A stretch of DNA of 32,000 nt from Aquifex aeolicus VF5 (lineage in GTDB: Bacteria > Aquificota > Aquificia > Aquificales > Aquificaceae): contig NC_000918.1 in the NCBI RefSeq assembly GCF_000008625.1, positions 150,001 through 182,000 on the forward strand, in the 5' to 3' direction. Position numbers and translations under genes: made by a program. The notes beneath the pieces are model-generated. The model was not told the DNA's origin. It was given only the letters and a program-made list of their open reading frames with translations, and did not search any database. Positions 10,629 through 18,490 of the stretch are shown here, piece by piece (within the stretch, counting starts at the first letter, position 1; each line of letters starts with the position of its first letter).

Positions 10629-11309
10629 TCATTTCAAAACTTTTTTCGTCTTTATGTAGAAGATGTAAAGGTCAAGCTCTCCTAAGGAAAGACCGAGTTC
10701 TTTTGCCAGACTTTCCAGAGCTTTTTCAGCCTCAAGATAAACTTTAGGTGTTATGCTCTTTACCTGCCTTAGAAGACCTTTTTCCATTAAGAAACGGGAT
10801 ATGTGTCTGTCTATTATTGCAAGGTCCTTAAAGCCAATGTTCCTCAGAAAGTGGGAAGCTTCCTTGTAACCGAAGCCTTTTATTTTGTAGGGTGACTTTG
10901 GATCCGCGAGCAACTCCCTAATAACCTTGGAATTCTTTTCCTTCTCTATCAGGGACTTTACTTTTGGAAACTTTTCCCGTGCCTCCACGATTCTCTCTGC
11001 CCTTTGTCCTGCGTACCTGTGCCCGAACTTCCTGAACACTTCTTCAAGCTCTTCCTTCGTCTTGTTTAAAAAACCTTCCTCTCCTAAATGTGCCTGTATC
11101 TTTATACCGAGCGTGGCGGACGAGTTTGCGGTAAGGATACAGAAGGAGAGTTCCGAAAAGAGTCCGGCATCGTAATCTATGTCGAGAAAGGGTCTAAAAT
11201 CGAAGTGTGTCCATCCTTCCCTTCCCAGTCTTTCAAACTCTTCCATCCTCTGGTTTACGTACTTTTGAACCTCGGGTATTATCCTTTTTACTTCCTGAAT
11301 CGCGTCCAT
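10629..11309 (-). CDS. ogg: N-glycosylase/DNA lyase, 8-oxoguanine type (HhH-GPD)
   Basis: KGFGYKEASHFLRNIGFKDLAIIDRHISRFL resembles the helix-hairpin-helix/catalytic Lys-Asp region of Ogg2-type enzymes. Confidence 0.85.
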   Translation of the reverse strand: MDAIQEVKRIIPEVQKYVNQRMEEFERLGREGWTHFDFRPFLDIDYDAGLFSELSFCILTANSSATLGIKIQAHLGEEGFLNKTKEELEEVFRKFGHRYAGQRAERIVEAREKFPKVKSLIEKEKNSKVIRELLADPKSPYKIKGFGYKEASHFLRNIGFKDLAIIDRHISRFLMEKGLLRQVKSITPKVYLEAEKALESLAKELGLSLGELDLYIFYIKTKKVLK

Positions 11310-11324
11310 AGGAGAGAAATTAAA

Positions 11325-11744
11325 TCACTTTTCCCTTAAGTATTCCCGTGAAAAGTACTTGATTATGTGAAGCTTTATCCTTGAAAATGCCTCTTCCAAG
11401 GCTTTTCTTCTGGGTAGTTCCGCGAGAGAACCTGAAGGAAGAGAGTAGGGAACGGATGCGGAAAAGCTCTCCTCTCCCAAGCTTACACTCAAGTAAAGGG
11501 TGTAAGAAGACACTCTCTGCCTTGCAGAAATCGTGGAGGGTACTTCCCTGTAATTTGCCCTTACCTTTATCCTCAGCGTATTCTCCGTACACTTTACTTT
11601 AAAGCCTGCTTCAAGAACGTACTCTTCAACCTTTCTGATTATCGCCTGCTTTACGTAAGGGTCGTCGGTGTCAATCTCCGAAAAGTCCAAACACACCTCT
11701 TTTGCAAACAAAAAGAAGGGGAGTAAAAGTATCAGGAACCGCAA
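11325..11744 (-). CDS. Hypothetical exported protein (possibly LptE-like)
   Basis: 139-aa ORF with signal segment MRFLILLLPFFLFA; small beta-rich protein; overlaps coaD by 13 nt. Confidence 0.6.
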   Translation of the reverse strand: MRFLILLLPFFLFAKEVCLDFSEIDTDDPYVKQAIIRKVEEYVLEAGFKVKCTENTLRIKVRANYREVPSTISARQRVSSYTLYLSVSLGEESFSASVPYSLPSGSLAELPRRKALEEAFSRIKLHIIKYFSREYLREK

Positions 11745-12217
11745 TTGAACTTCTCCCTCAGCTTTTGTTTTACGTAAGGATGAACCATATTATCCAGATC
11801 TCCGCAGTAAGACGCCACGTCCCTCACGATCGTTGAGCTTATGTGTATGTACTCCTGTGAAGGCATCATGAACACCGTTTCCACTCCCGCGAGCTTGTAA
11901 TTGGTGAGGGCTATCTGAAGTTCGTACTCAAAATCCGTAAAGAGTCTCACTCCTCTAACTATTACGTTTATACCTTCCCTCTTCATAAAGTCCACGAGGA
12001 GGCAGTCAAACATCTTGACCTCTACGTTTGGGATATCCTCCACCATTTTTTCAAACATTTTCACTCTTTCCTCTGCGTCAAAGAGTAGGAACTTTCTCGG
12101 TTTTTTTGCAACCGCAACGACCACTTCGTCAAAAATCCGCGCACTTCTCTTTACTATGTCCAAGTGTCCGTAGTGTGGAGGATCAAAAGTTCCTGGATAC
12201 ACTACTCTTTTACCCAT
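11732..12217 (-). CDS. coaD: Phosphopantetheine adenylyltransferase
   Basis: VYPGTFDPPHYGHLDIVKRSARIFDEVVVAVA; VIVRGVRLFTDFEYELQIALTN; PSQEYIHISSTIVRDVA. Confidence 0.97.
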   Translation of the reverse strand: MGKRVVYPGTFDPPHYGHLDIVKRSARIFDEVVVAVAKKPRKFLLFDAEERVKMFEKMVEDIPNVEVKMFDCLLVDFMKREGINVIVRGVRLFTDFEYELQIALTNYKLAGVETVFMMPSQEYIHISSTIVRDVASYCGDLDNMVHPYVKQKLREKFNCGS

Positions 12218-12654
12218 ATTGATAATACTGTATCACCGTATTTCCTCTCTTCGGGTGCGTTAAAGTTCTTTTTCTTGTCGTGCTCAAGGATGAACACTCC
12301 ACCCTCTTCCAGCTTATTTAGGGCAAGTTTTATAAGTTCGTCGTACTTGTCGTAAATGTAAGGAGGGTCCGCAAATATCACGTGGGCTTTACCCTTCCAG
12401 TTTCTCAAAAAAGAAAGGGCATCCCCGACAATTACCTTTCCCTTAGTTTTCTTCTTTATTTCGTTTGCAAGTTTCCTGTTCTTTTCTACGAAAATGACCT
12501 TTGCACCCTCCTTTCCGCCTCCAGTCCAATCTGTCCCGTTCCCGCAAAGAGATCAACAAAAGTAAGACCGCTTATGTCTCCGAGTATGTTAAAGATGGCG
12601 TTTTTAACGATGGATTTCGTCGGTCTGAGGTAATTTAAACTTTTTTTTTCACAA
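12202..12654 (-). CDS. rsmD: 16S rRNA (guanine-N2)-methyltransferase RsmD-like, apparently frameshifted
   Basis: Manual (-) translation: ...KSLNYLRPTKSIVKNAIFNILGDISGLTFVDLFAGTGQIGLEAERR | frameshift near 12506-12516 | GAKVIFVEKNRKLANEIKKKTKGKVIVGDALSFLRNWKGKAHVIFADPPYIYDKYDEL... . RsmD motifs (RPT, DLFAGTGxxGLEA, DPPY) are in order but in two frames. Confidence 0.8.
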
Positions 12655-12751
12655 TTGTTGTATTATACTTTTATTTTGCCGAAGGAGGCAAAGTTATGCG
12701 ACATGTAATTTTTGAGAAGCTTTTCAAAAACTTTTCAAGGGAGGATAGGAA

Positions 12752-13159
12752 ATGGCAAAGACCCTCGGACTGCATATCCTAGCGGACCTTTACGGTGTGG
12801 ACGCGGATAAGATTGACCGCGTCGAAGATATCAGAGAGCTCCTTGAAGGAGCTGTAAAGTACGCCAACCTCACCAAAATTTCCTCCCATTACTACCAGTT
12901 CCAGCCCCACGGTGCCACAGGAGTTGTACTCTTAGCGGAATCCCACATATCAATCCACACGTGGCCCGAACACGGACTCGCAACCGTAGACGTTTACACC
13001 TGCGGTGACCCCTCCAAAGCCTACAGGGCAATGGACTACATAATCACCCAGCTCAATCCCAAGAGGATTGACAAACAAGTTCATGAAAGGGGAATAGTTG
13101 AAGAGGAAAGTAATCAGAGCGAGGCTGAAAAACTCCGAAGTATACTCCTTCAGGTTTAA
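12752..13159 (+). CDS. speD: S-adenosylmethionine decarboxylase proenzyme (bacterial/archaeal type)
   Basis: HPHGATGVVLLAESHISIHTWPEHGLATVDVYTCGD contains the self-cleavage ES site and conserved His/Cys. Confidence 0.96.
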   Translation: MAKTLGLHILADLYGVDADKIDRVEDIRELLEGAVKYANLTKISSHYYQFQPHGATGVVLLAESHISIHTWPEHGLATVDVYTCGDPSKAYRAMDYIITQLNPKRIDKQVHERGIVEEESNQSEAEKLRSILLQV

Positions 13160-13192
13160 ACACCTCCTTCTCCTCCCTTAAAATAAATCCCG

Positions 13193-13678
13193 ATGAAAGT
13201 GCTCATAGTCTTTTACAAGGATCTGGAAAAAAATAAAGAGGAAATTCTTAACTTAATGAAGAAAAATTACAAATTGATTAAGAGAAAGCTCGGGATAGAT
13301 AACATTTACGCCTCAATTACGGAAGAATTTTTAGAAATTTTTTATTTATTCCCAGAAATATGCTTAATAAATAACACAAGGGGAACGCTGAACTTCGGTC
13401 TTTACAAAGGATTGAGGAAGTTAAAGGGAGACGACATACTCGTTGTAGACGCGGGGAAATCCTTTTCAGAGGGTAAATTCGAAAAAGTGCCTATGGGAGA
13501 CCTTCCTTCAATACTCATGGATAAAGAAAAGTGGGCTGGACTTGCCTACATACCGATGAGGGAGATGTACTACTTTATAAGGAGTTTGGAGGAAAACTTT
13601 GACAAGTGCATAACCGAGGCTTTTGAGACCTTAAAGAAATCTTATGGAATAAACTTTGTAAAATCGTTTATAAGTTAA
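13193..13678 (+). CDS. Hypothetical protein (weak nucleotidyltransferase-like character)
   Basis: 161-aa ORF, closely followed by the next gene; [10 protein letters not shown] is only loosely suggestive. Confidence 0.6.
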
Positions 13679-13681
13679 CTT

Positions 13682-14110
13682 ATGGTAGACGCTGATATTT
13701 TACTAATAGCATTCGTGGATACCATCGAGGGGGTTAAGAACTTAATCGGTGAGAGGGGAGCAGGGGCAGTTTTGAGGGATGCGGGAAGACACAGCGGTCC
13801 CAAACTGCTCGAAAGTCTGATAGGCAAGCTACCCGAAGAAGTCGATAAGGACACAGCGTTAAAAAGAACCGCTGCAATACTGAAAGAACTCGGATTTGCG
13901 GATGAAATTAATTACGGAAACGGAAAGTTCATAATTAAGAACGACGTGTTTACGGAAGCGGTAAGGGAGGACGTGAACGTACAGACACCCGTCGTTTACT
14001 TCCTCGCAGGACTCGTGGAAGGGTTCGTCCAATTCATGTCCAACGATAAAGTAGTACTAAAACCCGTAAAAGCCGAAAAAGGATACGTGGAGTTCGAAGT
14101 CAGTCCTTAA
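13682..14110 (+). CDS. Hypothetical protein, possibly 4VR/V4R-like
   Basis: 142-aa ORF; C-terminus TPVVYFLAGLVEGFVQFMSNDKVVLKPVKAEKGYVEFEV resembles V4R-domain ends. Confidence 0.6.
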   Translation: MVDADILLIAFVDTIEGVKNLIGERGAGAVLRDAGRHSGPKLLESLIGKLPEEVDKDTALKRTAAILKELGFADEINYGNGKFIIKNDVFTEAVREDVNVQTPVVYFLAGLVEGFVQFMSNDKVVLKPVKAEKGYVEFEVSP

Positions 14111-15377
14111 CTTCCAAGAGGGCAATGCTCTCTATGTGGTAGGTTTGGGGGAAGTTGTCTATAAGTTTTAGTCTTTTCAGTTCGTATCCGCCTTTAGTGA
14201 GTATTTTTAAATCCCTGGCAAAGGTCGTAGGATTGCAGGATATATAAACTATTTTGTCGGGTTTATTCTTAAGAAGTAGGTCTCTTTCCTCCCTCAGTAA
14301 TCCGCTTCTCGGGGGGTCTACCACTACAAGGTTTATCACTTCCCCTATTCTCCTCTTGAGGTGCTTAAAAGCTGTTGCCTCTTCGAAGATGACGTTATCC
14401 CTGTTGTTGATTTTTGCGTTATACTCGGCGTCTTTTATAGCAGAAGGATTGGCATCCGCACCTTCTATGAAGTTGCCCTGCTCCGAGAGTGGTATGGTGA
14501 AAAATCCCACCCCGCAGTGAAGGTCAAGTCCCTTTTTGTAACTTTCCGAAAAATCGAGAACTTCTTTCAAAAAGTCTTCCCAGAGCGTGTAATTTACCTG
14601 AAAGAAGCTGTCGTTACTCACCCTGTACTGCCACTTTCCCACATCCATAAATATGTGTTCCCTACCCACCTTATACCTTTTTACGAGAGAATTCCCAACC
14701 TTTCCGTAATCGCCTATCCCAACAACCCACTCAGGTAGAACATTTTCAAGTATATTCTGGAGTAATTTCTCATCTGTATGGGTTATAGTTACGAACTTTA
14801 GAGTTGCTTCATCCCTTGTAGGGGAGTAATTCACGTGAACCTCTTGAAGGTCTTTGATAACTTTCAATACTTCTCTGATGTGTGGTATTAACTCGTTTAT
14901 CCTCTCGTGGGCAAGAAGGCATTCCTCAACGTCCACAACTTCCTTTACGTCCCACCTGTAAAACCCAACTCTGTTTTCCTGAATTTTGAACTGTACTCTT
15001 ACTCTGTAATTGAACTCCTTCTTTGAAGGGATTTCTCCCTCGTATGGAACCTCCTTTATCTTCCCAATTCTTTCTAGACTCTCAAGGAGTATGTCTTTCT
15101 TTGAACGGAGCTGTTCCTCGTAGTTTAAGTGCTGTATTTGACACCCTCCGCACTCACCGTAATAGGGACAGGGAGCCTTTCTTCTTGCGGGAGAGGATAT
15201 AAGTACTTTAGTGACTACGGCTTCCGTATAATCCTTTTTCTCCTTTACTACTTTTGCCTCTACCAGTTCTTTGGGAGACGCAAAGCGGACAAAAACTGCC
15301 TTACCGTTTAATCTGGAAAAACCGTAACCGCCGTAAACGAGTTTTTCTACAGTGAGTTTAAGAGGTTTGTCCTTCAT
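14100..15377 (-). CDS. 23S rRNA (uracil-5-)-methyltransferase, RlmD/TrmA (RumA) family with TRAM domain
   Basis: Fe-S cluster motif CPYYGECGGCQIQHLNYEEQL, GLDLHCGVGFFTIPL, DPPRSGL, YISCNPTTFARDL. Confidence 0.95.
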   Translation of the reverse strand: MKDKPLKLTVEKLVYGGYGFSRLNGKAVFVRFASPKELVEAKVVKEKKDYTEAVVTKVLISSPARRKAPCPYYGECGGCQIQHLNYEEQLRSKKDILLESLERIGKIKEVPYEGEIPSKKEFNYRVRVQFKIQENRVGFYRWDVKEVVDVEECLLAHERINELIPHIREVLKVIKDLQEVHVNYSPTRDEATLKFVTITHTDEKLLQNILENVLPEWVVGIGDYGKVGNSLVKRYKVGREHIFMDVGKWQYRVSNDSFFQVNYTLWEDFLKEVLDFSESYKKGLDLHCGVGFFTIPLSEQGNFIEGADANPSAIKDAEYNAKINNRDNVIFEEATAFKHLKRRIGEVINLVVVDPPRSGLLREERDLLLKNKPDKIVYISCNPTTFARDLKILTKGGYELKRLKLIDNFPQTYHIESIALLEVKD

Positions 15378-16371
15378 CTTCTTTCTTTCTCAATTCTTCA
15401 AGCTTCTCAAAGTCCTTAGTTGAGAGCACGTCTATGTGCCAGCCTGTTAGCTTAGAAGCCAGCTTTACGTTGATGCCTTTCTTACCTATAGCCAAGGAAA
15501 GTTCTTCCTCGGGAACGGCAACTTCTGCCCTCTTCTCGTAAGGGAAAAGTTTTATCTTTTCTGGATGTGCGGGAGCAAGTGCCCGCTTTATTAATTCCGC
15601 TATATCGTCGCTCCACCTTATCACGTCTATCTTTTCACCACCCAGCTCTTCGGATACCTTTTGAATTCTCATTCCCTTTAAACCAACGACTATACCAACA
15701 GGATCCATCTTCATTTCCTTTGCTTCCACAGCCACCTTAGCCCTTTCTCCGGGAATTCTCGCAACTGCCTTTATCTCAACTAATCCCTCCTTTATTTCGG
15801 GAACTTCCTGCTCAAGTAGTTTTCTCAAAAAGTTAGGGTGCGTTCTTGAGAGTATTAAAACCGGCTCCCCTCTGCGCTTTCTCACCTCAAGTAAAAGAGC
15901 CTTTACCTTATCTCCCGTTTTAAAGTTATCCGTGGGGAGTTGTTCCCGTTTCGGGAGTATAGCGTCTATCCTTCCCAGATCAACTATAACGTCCCCATTT
16001 TCGAGAACTTTTCTTACTATCCCGTAAACTATTTCCCCTTCAAGTTCCTTAAACTCAAGGTATCCCCTTTCCTGTTCCGCCCTTTCAAGTTCTTTGTAAA
16101 ACTCTTCCTTTGCCGCATAAGCTGCCAATCTATTCAGATCCTCAGGGGATATATCTAAAGGAAACTTAAATTTCTTGTTCCCTTTTCTCCTTACTACGTA
16201 TACCTTGATACCTTCATCGGTAAACTCAACTTCCAGTTCGTCCCTGATTTTCTTCTCTTTCCTTATGGCTGTGATTATCGCGTTTTTTAGTGCACGCTCC
16301 ACAACTCTTTCCGGAAGGTCGTGTTCCGTTGCTACCTGCTCTATCAATTTTTGGAGCTGTGCCTTTACCAT
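15358..16371 (-). CDS. nusA: Transcription termination/antitermination factor NusA
   Basis: S1/KH architecture: VRRKGNKKFKFPLDISPEDLNRLAAYAAKEEFYKEL; RTHPNFLRKLLEQEVPEIKEGLVEIKAVARIPGERAKVAV; GVVVGLKGMRIQ-type KH core. Confidence 0.95.
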   Translation of the reverse strand: MVKAQLQKLIEQVATEHDLPERVVERALKNAIITAIRKEKKIRDELEVEFTDEGIKVYVVRRKGNKKFKFPLDISPEDLNRLAAYAAKEEFYKELERAEQERGYLEFKELEGEIVYGIVRKVLENGDVIVDLGRIDAILPKREQLPTDNFKTGDKVKALLLEVRKRRGEPVLILSRTHPNFLRKLLEQEVPEIKEGLVEIKAVARIPGERAKVAVEAKEMKMDPVGIVVGLKGMRIQKVSEELGGEKIDVIRWSDDIAELIKRALAPAHPEKIKLFPYEKRAEVAVPEEELSLAIGKKGINVKLASKLTGWHIDVLSTKDFEKLEELRKKEDEGQTS

Positions 16372-16841
16372 CCTTCAATCTCCAGTCTTCCCTTAGCTAT
16401 AGCGGAAAAGGGTATGTGTAAAACCTTGCCCTTCTCCTTTTCGCGAATATCTATTATACCGTTTTTAACGTCCTCTATATAGCCGACTACTTCCCTTTTA
16501 CCCTCTATGGGTTCTTTAAGGATGAGTTTAACGAGCCTTCCCTTGAAAAAGTCGTAGTGTTCTACCTTGGTAAGGGGTCTCGTGAGTCCCGGAGAAGTTA
16601 TTTCGAGAAGGTAAGAGAAGGGTATTATATCCTCCACGTCAAGCAGAGCACTTACCTTTCTGCTAATCTCTTCACAGTCCTTTATAGTTATGCCTCCTTC
16701 TTTATCAGCAATAATCCTGAGAACCCAACCTCTACCCTCGGGCTTGAACTCAACGTCGAAGAGCTTAAACCCCATACCTCTGATAACAGGCTCTACTATT
16801 TCCTTAACCTTTTTCTCTATTTCCTCTCTATTTATTTCCAT
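16365..16841 (-). CDS. rimP: Ribosome maturation factor RimP
   Basis: VKEIVEPVIRGMGFKLFDVEFKPEGRGWVLRIIADKEGGITIKDCEEISRKVSALLDVEDIIPFSYLLEITSPGLTRPL, directly upstream of nusA. Confidence 0.95.
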   Translation of the reverse strand: MEINREEIEKKVKEIVEPVIRGMGFKLFDVEFKPEGRGWVLRIIADKEGGITIKDCEEISRKVSALLDVEDIIPFSYLLEITSPGLTRPLTKVEHYDFFKGRLVKLILKEPIEGKREVVGYIEDVKNGIIDIREKEKGKVLHIPFSAIAKGRLEIEGW

Positions 16842-16935
16842 ACTATTTATTTTGTATTAATAAGAATAATAATAGGCGGCTATTTTCATGTGACAAATTT
16901 CAAAACCCATTGATTTTCAAGCTTTTCCCGAAAAA

Positions 16936-17164
16936 CTTTCCACAACTTTTCCACATGAACAACTTAAGTTATTTATAATTCGTAAGTTTTAAGTCACCGG
17001 ATTGTTTCGTAGTATGAATAACTTAAGAAGTTTTCCACATTTATCCACATTTTTAACGTAAGTAGTTTATACACCGTGGTTTTCTTTTGAGTAGATTGTG
17101 TCGTTATATGAACAACTTATGAGTTTTCCACAATTCTCCACATGTGAAAAGTGAGTTATCCACA
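16936..17164 (+). other. Left DnaA-box cluster, (+) orientation
   Basis: CTTTCCACA 16936-16944, TTTTCCACA 16947-16955, TTTTCCACA 17031-17039, TTATCCACA 17041-17049, TTTTCCACA 17124-17132, TTCTCCACA 17134-17142, TTATCCACA 17156-17164. Confidence 0.7.
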
Positions 17165-17201
17165 TACCGAATAAAAAGTTTCATTGTACGAATAACTTAC
17201 G
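16955..17201 (+). repeat. Four copies of an iteron-like motif AYGAAYAACTTANG
   Basis: ATGAACAACTTAAG 16955-16968; ATGAATAACTTAAG 17014-17027; ATGAACAACTTATG 17108-17121; ACGAATAACTTACG 17188-17201. Confidence 0.8.
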
Positions 17202-17253
17202 AAAAATTTAAAGGATTCTATGAATACATTGATTTTCAGGCAGGAGATTGTTT

Positions 17254-17318
17254 TGTGGAAAATTTGTGTGAAAATATGTGGAAAGATTGTGGATAATTTG
17301 TGGAAAAAATGTGGAAAG
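17254..17318 (-). other. Right DnaA-box cluster, (-) orientation
   Basis: TGTGGAAAA 17254-17262, TGTGGAAAG 17277-17285, TGTGGATAA 17288-17296, TGTGGAAAA 17299-17307, TGTGGAAAG 17310-17318; a weaker TGTGTGAAA at 17265-17273. Confidence 0.7.
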
Positions 17319-17376
17319 AAGGAGAAGAAAAGCCTTGATTTTCACAGAGTTCTCAGGGGGTATGTGTTGGAATGCT

Positions 17377-17571
17377 TTAAGGTGATATTTCTACCCTCCC
17401 ATTATCGTCGTAAATGTACAGCTTTCCTTCCTCTTCGTCTTTAGTCCTCTTGTGAGAACCGTCGCAGAAGGGGAACTTTTTTGAAAGTCCGCACTGGCAT
17501 ATGTAGTAAGTTTCTTCTCCCGCCTCCAGCTTGTAAGGCCCTTTTTCTGTGAACTTAACTAATCTTGCCAT
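17377..17571 (-). CDS. CDGSH-type iron-sulfur domain protein
   Basis: YYICQCGLSKKFPFCDGSHKRT motif, 64 aa. Confidence 0.92.
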   Translation of the reverse strand: MARLVKFTEKGPYKLEAGEETYYICQCGLSKKFPFCDGSHKRTKDEEEGKLYIYDDNGRVEISP

Positions 17572-17585
17572 GGCTCACACCTCCT

Positions 17586-18155
17586 TTATTGAAGATTTTT
17601 AAAAACTAAAAAATAGTGGTAGGGATATACGTCAAGGTCTTCTTCAAGGACAAAGCCGTTATCTTCCATAATCTCTATTGCTTTTTCTTTCGGTATCCTT
17701 TCCTCCAGAGGAGGTCCTGCAGGTGAGGGAAGGGGATGCCAGTCTATAACCACTATCTTTGCCGCAGGTTTGGAAATCCTCTTTACTTCAGATAAAAACT
17801 CTTTCGGCTTTATCAGTTCGTGAATAAGATTAGCCATCAGGACTCCGTCGGCGATCTCATCGGGTAGAGGTATCCTGTCCTCCTCACACTTCACAAATTC
17901 TATGTTCTCTATTCCTTCCTCTCTTGCCCTCATTTCACAGACTTCAAGCATTTTTTCTTCGAGGTCAACCGCGTAAACCTTCTTAACCCTCTTGGCGAGC
18001 GGGAGGGTAAAGTAACCGGGACCACAACCAAGATCTACCCAGACTTCATTCTCCGAAGGATTTACAGCCTTTAAAAATACTTCTACACTCTGCCACTCAG
18101 ACCTTTCTGGGTTCAGAAGAACTTCCCAGTTCTCTGCAGGGAACTTAAAAGCCAT
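17586..18155 (-). CDS. Class I SAM-dependent methyltransferase
   Basis: VWVDLGCGPGYFTLPLAKRVKKVYAVDLEEKMLEVCEMRA. Confidence 0.9.
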   Translation of the reverse strand: MAFKFPAENWEVLLNPERSEWQSVEVFLKAVNPSENEVWVDLGCGPGYFTLPLAKRVKKVYAVDLEEKMLEVCEMRAREEGIENIEFVKCEEDRIPLPDEIADGVLMANLIHELIKPKEFLSEVKRISKPAAKIVVIDWHPLPSPAGPPLEERIPKEKAIEIMEDNGFVLEEDLDVYPYHYFLVFKNLQ

Positions 18156-18370
18156 CAGCCTTCCTCCGACGTGTTATAGAGAAAGCCTATCACATCGCCC
18201 TTAACTATCCCGGGTCCGGGGAGCCTATTCCATACCTGAGGTAGAACGAGAGGTATTGAGAAGAGCGTTGCGTCTACCTGATGATGGAAAACCCACTTCA
18301 TATCCTTTATACCCGGAAAGAGACCGAAGAGTCCAAACCATTTGGCGTAAACTTCATCCAGAATTACCAT
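18155..18370 (-). CDS. Hypothetical small protein
   Basis: 71-aa ORF overlapping the methyltransferase start by one base; no family recognised. Confidence 0.4.
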   Translation of the reverse strand: MVILDEVYAKWFGLFGLFPGIKDMKWVFHHQVDATLFSIPLVLPQVWNRLPGPGIVKGDVIGFLYNTSEEG

Positions 18371-18490
18371 AGCCCAGCCACCCGTTTAAGAGGCAAAGAG
18401 AAAATTGCCCATCTCCTTGTACGCTTTAGGAAATTTAAGGATATACAGAAATCCTGTCAAGAACTGAATTTTTTGTAATATACTATCCTT

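Larger units (their letters stand above)
16908..17344 (+). repeat. Three dispersed copies of a 12-bp direct repeat
   Basis: CATTGATTTTCA at 16908-16919 and 17227-17238; CCTTGATTTTCA at 17333-17344. Confidence 0.8.
16850..17345. promoter_or_regulatory. Candidate chromosomal replication origin (oriC): DnaA-box-rich AT-rich intergenic region
   Basis: Twelve DnaA-box-like 9-mers (list in finding), including three perfect TTATCCACA (17041-17049 +, 17156-17164 +, 17288-17296 -), seven (+) on the left and five (-) on the right, no convincing CDS, largest non-coding stretch of the window apart from the CRISPR interval. Confidence 0.75.

Noticed and set aside
12382-12633. 83-aa (+) ORF antisense to rsmD
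   Set aside because: Purely antisense to a region with clear RsmD motifs (DLFAGTG, DPPY) on the (-) strand; judged spurious.
17220-17444. ORF-track (+) ORF of 74 aa (MNTLIFRQEIVLWKICVKICGKIVDNLWKKCGK...)
   Set aside because: Its N-terminal half is simply the translation of the right-arm DnaA boxes and its 3' end overlaps the CDGSH gene; composition is not protein-like.
18281-18478. 65-aa (+) ORF upstream of the HxlR gene
   Set aside because: Antisense to the weak 18155-18370 ORF, no domain and no clear ribosome-binding site; neither strand is compelling here.
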